This document shows, piece by piece, positions 31,735 through 33,512 of a stretch of DNA of 33,512 nt. The position numbers were made by a program, and so were the translations under genes. A model generated the notes under the pieces. That model made no database searches, was not told where the DNA came from, and saw only the letters and a list, made by a program, of their open reading frames with translations. The stretch is from Gammaproteobacteria bacterium (GTDB lineage: Bacteria; Pseudomonadota; Gammaproteobacteria; Tethybacterales; Persebacteraceae). The stretch lies in assembly GCA_051009015.1 (NCBI GenBank), contig JBPCWZ010000060.1, positions 1-33,512 of the forward strand. The letters run 5' to 3'. Each line of letters begins with the position of its first letter. Position 1 is the first letter of the stretch.

Positions 31735-33512
31735 ATGATTTCTGCAAAGCAACAGAGATCCATACATAAGCCATTATTTTGGCTGGCATTTACTTTTGCT
31801 GTTGTTTTTTTGCCGGCAATTTCGGGAGCAACGTCTAAATTATTAGAGTCACCATCTCATCCCATATCATTGCTGTCAGAGACAGAAGTACAATCGCTAA
31901 CAAGTGCTGTGGGTCATCAAAAAAGAGCGGGGCTTGGTATGCTGCCGAGGGCGCGGCCGTATATTGACGCGCCCGCGGCCGCGGTGCTGTTTGATGAGGT
32001 GTGGTCTGAACACGGAATTAATGATTGGCCTAAGATATATTGGGCATCTCGCGAAGTTGGGCCATTGCTGGAGTCGCCCGAGCTGATACAAATCAGGGCG
32101 AAGGCAGAGGAGTTGTCGCCGGCGAAAGAACAAGTATTGGCGACCTTGCGGGTGCATAATATTCAAGTGCGCGGAATTTGGAAAGTATGGGATGGGGAAG
32201 AATCTTTATTTAGGGTGCGAGCGCTAAACGGTGGCGGCGAAGGGGAATTGCTGCGAACGGTAACCTTGTCAGCAAATAAGACTTACCGAGTGACGGTGTC
32301 CGTGGAAGATGATTTTCGTTATTTGAATGAGGATTATCAGAATTTGAGCGTGCAGGCGTTGATTACCATAAAGGTATTGGGGGAGTTGAAGGCGCCGCCG
32401 CTGACGCAGTTGTCGGCGCTGCCGGTGCCGCGGTTGACGGCAACCGCAGGTTATGCGGGAGCGCTGCATAAGCTGCTGGTGTCAGGAGGTCGGCGGCCAT
32501 ATGCCTACACATTATCCTTGGCAGGTTTTTCTGTGTTGGATGGCATATTGTCTTTGTCGGCGGAAACGCCGGCGGGTTTATACACCGTGTCGGTGGGGAT
32601 AAGGGATAGCGGCGAACCGCCGCTTAGGACCATGGCAGAAGTGACGGTGCAAGTATGGGAAGCGCTGAGCGGTGATTTGGCTATTGGTTTTGTGCAGACA
32701 ACTTACGTCGGCGAAAGTGGCATTTTGGGTCGGTTATCCTTAGTGGGCGGCAGCGGGGATTATGGCTATCAGTTAGCGGATGACAGCGGCGGGCAGTTTG
32801 GGGTGGGCGCTGCTGAGGTCAGTGTGATTATGGTATCGGCAGGGGTATATACGCTGTCGGTGATAGTGACGGACCGCATTTTGCCGGCGGCTGCGTGGCC
32901 GCCCGCAACCGTGGTGCTGTCGGTGTGGGTGGAGCCGTCATTGCGGTTATTGTCATTGGTGCCATCAAGCCATATCAGGGTATTGGCAGCGGCGGCAAAA
33001 GATGTGGTGCTGTTGTCGGTGTTGCTGGGAGGTGGGCGGCAATTTGCCGGTGGTGGCTATCAATTTATCCCGCCATCTCCGAATATGCTGGGCTGGTCGG
33101 CACGTGGTCTGGGGATTGAGGGTGCGGCGTTTGAGTTGTCATTGACGGCGGCGCTGGCTGGCGGAGCGCACACGGTGACGGTAATGTTTGCTGATGATTA
33201 TGAGCATACGCAGCCGGGGACGCCGACAGTATCGGTGTTGTTGACGATTGAAGGTTTGCTAAGTTTATCTTCTCAGTCGGCGGGGCGGACCGAGGCAACT
33301 TTGATAGCGAATGTGTCAATGACAAGTATTTATGTCTATCGTGTGGAAGGTGGCGTTGGTGCGCTGAGTTACATTTATCAGGGCGGTCAAGGTTTTGCGG
33401 TGGATTCATCGTCTGGGGTGTTGGCATATGAGGGTGGTGGGGATGCGGGGGTATACACTTTGTCGGTGGTGGTTGATGATGAGTCGGCGTTAGTGCCGCC
33501 GTTGACTTTGAC
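31735..33512 (+). CDS. 5' part of a large secreted/surface repeat protein with Ig- or cadherin-like ~90-107 aa modules (runs off the window)
   Basis: I translated by hand from the ATG at 31735 and found no stop to the window end (592 codons). That explains its absence from the ORF track. The N-terminus MISAKQQRSIHKPLFWLAFTFAVVFLPAISGA looks like a signal peptide. A recurring module signature appears five times: (A)G(V/L)YT(L/V)SV.V.D at about 32581, 32848 and 33454, with variants KTYRVTVSVEDD (32284) and GAHTVTVMFADD (33169). Confidence 0.7.
   Translation, partial: MISAKQQRSIHKPLFWLAFTFAVVFLPAISGATSKLLESPSHPISLLSETEVQSLTSAVGHQKRAGLGMLPRARPYIDAPAAAVLFDEVWSEHGINDWPKIYWASREVGPLLESPELIQIRAKAEELSPAKEQVLATLRVHNIQVRGIWKVWDGEESLFRVRALNGGGEGELLRTVTLSANKTYRVTVSVEDDFRYLNEDYQNLSVQALITIKVLGELKAPPLTQLSALPVPRLTATAGYAGALHKLLVSGGRRPYAYTLSLAGFSVLDGILSLSAETPAGLYTVSVGIRDSGEPPLRTMAEVTVQVWEALSGDLAIGFVQTTYVGESGILGRLSLVGGSGDYGYQLADDSGGQFGVGAAEVSVIMVSAGVYTLSVIVTDRILPAAAWPPATVVLSVWVEPSLRLLSLVPSSHIRVLAAAAKDVVLLSVLLGGGRQFAGGGYQFIPPSPNMLGWSARGLGIEGAAFELSLTAALAGGAHTVTVMFADDYEHTQPGTPTVSVLLTIEGLLSLSSQSAGRTEATLIANVSMTSIYVYRVEGGVGALSYIYQGGQGFAVDSSSGVLAYEGGGDAGVYTLSVVVDDESALVPPLTL

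Noticed and set aside
31805-31811. T7 homopolymer in the adhesin signal-peptide coding region as a phase-variation tract
   Set aside because: Seven residues is shorter than tracts usually associated with slipped-strand switching, and I have no population data. It is noted only as a place to look for length variation.
1-33512. Neisseria-type DNA uptake sequence (GCCGTCTGAA / TTCAGACGGC)
   Set aside because: I scanned by eye and found no exact copy. The nearest is agagccgtctgtcgcc at about 24741, which does not match. A proper k-mer count on the genome would be needed.

Overview
This looks like a chromosomal window from a GC-rich Gram-negative, probably a betaproteobacterium and possibly Neisseriaceae-like. 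That guess is an inference from ATTCCC-N8-GGGAAT (dRS3-type) repeats at 208-388 and from gene order such as ileS-lspA, ndk-rlmN-ispG, pepP-ubiH and tRNA-Gly/tRNA-Cys. Most of the window is tightly packed housekeeping genes: tupCBA tungstate ABC transporter (-), AraC-HTH/O6-alkylguanine methyltransferase, EamA transporter, ileS-lspA, ndk-rlmN-ispG, mobA, a DinG/YoaA-type helicase, a BON-domain lipoprotein, rubredoxin, thiD, metG, an NDUFA9-like SDR, cca, tRNA-Gly(GCC) and tRNA-Cys(GCA), pdxH-aroK, serC, rhodanese, pepP-ubiH and tkt. Two small accessory insertions stand out. (i) A 2.5 kb, three-gene, translationally coupled cassette (10692-13121) encodes an MT-A70-type DPPW methyltransferase, a motif-permuted SPPY methyltransferase, and a protein with an unrecognised N-terminal region fused to a McrA-like HNH nuclease. 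It sits exactly between the ispG stop and the mobA start and is bracketed by a 9-bp direct repeat. (ii) A lower-GC single gene (24886-26181) fuses a beta-class N6/N4 DNA methyltransferase to a C-terminal HNH nuclease. It is bracketed by an 11-bp direct repeat that duplicates the ribosome-binding site of the downstream rhodanese gene. Other points of interest are a structured dRS3/NIME-like inverted-repeat element, a 56-aa low-complexity insertion inside MobA, a compositionally odd orphan membrane-protein gene followed by an orphan terminator hairpin, a consensus sigma70 promoter for the tRNA operon overlapping the pdxH start, and the 5' part of a large secreted protein built of ~90-107 aa Ig/cadherin-like modules that runs off the window end. 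I saw no CRISPR array, integrase, transposase or prophage genes. All functional calls rest on motif recognition by eye; no database search was run.
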